The notes beneath the pieces were generated by a model, which was given only the letters and a program-made list of their open reading frames with translations, did not search any database and was not told the origin of the DNA. A stretch of DNA of 13,264 nucleotides from a virus. Taxonomy: Duplodnaviria; Heunggongvirae; Uroviricota; Caudoviricetes. Below, in pieces: positions 13,232 to 13,264 of this stretch (position 1 is its first letter; each line of letters opens with the position of its first letter). A program made the position numbers and the translations under genes. The stretch is from IMG/VR virus record IMGVR_UViG_2802429244_000009, one strand, 5' to 3'.

Positions 13232-13264
13232 TAGTAGTAAGGCGAGATTGTGTTATGCACTGAC

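Overview
This window reads as the immunity / early-regulation / nin-Q segment of a Qin(Dic)-type lambdoid prophage from an Escherichia-like host. All calls come from reading the sequence and the ORF track by eye; no searches were run, so homology statements rest on recalled sequences. Minus-strand early-left operon (2352 down to 1): ydfA-like, ydfB-like, a 212-aa AT-rich insert, a DicF-like sRNA, dicB, ydfD-like and an ORF that runs off the window edge. Immunity core: a CI-like repressor with an S24 autopeptidase domain (2628-3275, -) divergent from a DicC/Cro-like gene, with ATCTAA-N6-TTAGAT operator palindromes. Plus strand after that: YdaT-like gene, O-like replication protein, a 116-aa ORF, then apparent cargo genes: a 744-aa KAP-family P-loop NTPase with its own promoter, HokD, and a HicA-HicB pair translationally coupled to an unknown acidic third protein. 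The window ends with nin-like genes (rem-like, YdfU/DUF968, RusA), a lambda-type Q antiterminator, a lambda-like pR'/qut/tR' region and two tRNAs (Thr-UGU, Gly-UCC). No CRISPR array, IS element or rRNA was seen. Best candidates for an undescribed system: the KAP NTPase gene (5707-7941), the hicA-hicB-orf3 operon (8965-10095) and the convergent AT-rich pair at 1207-2055.
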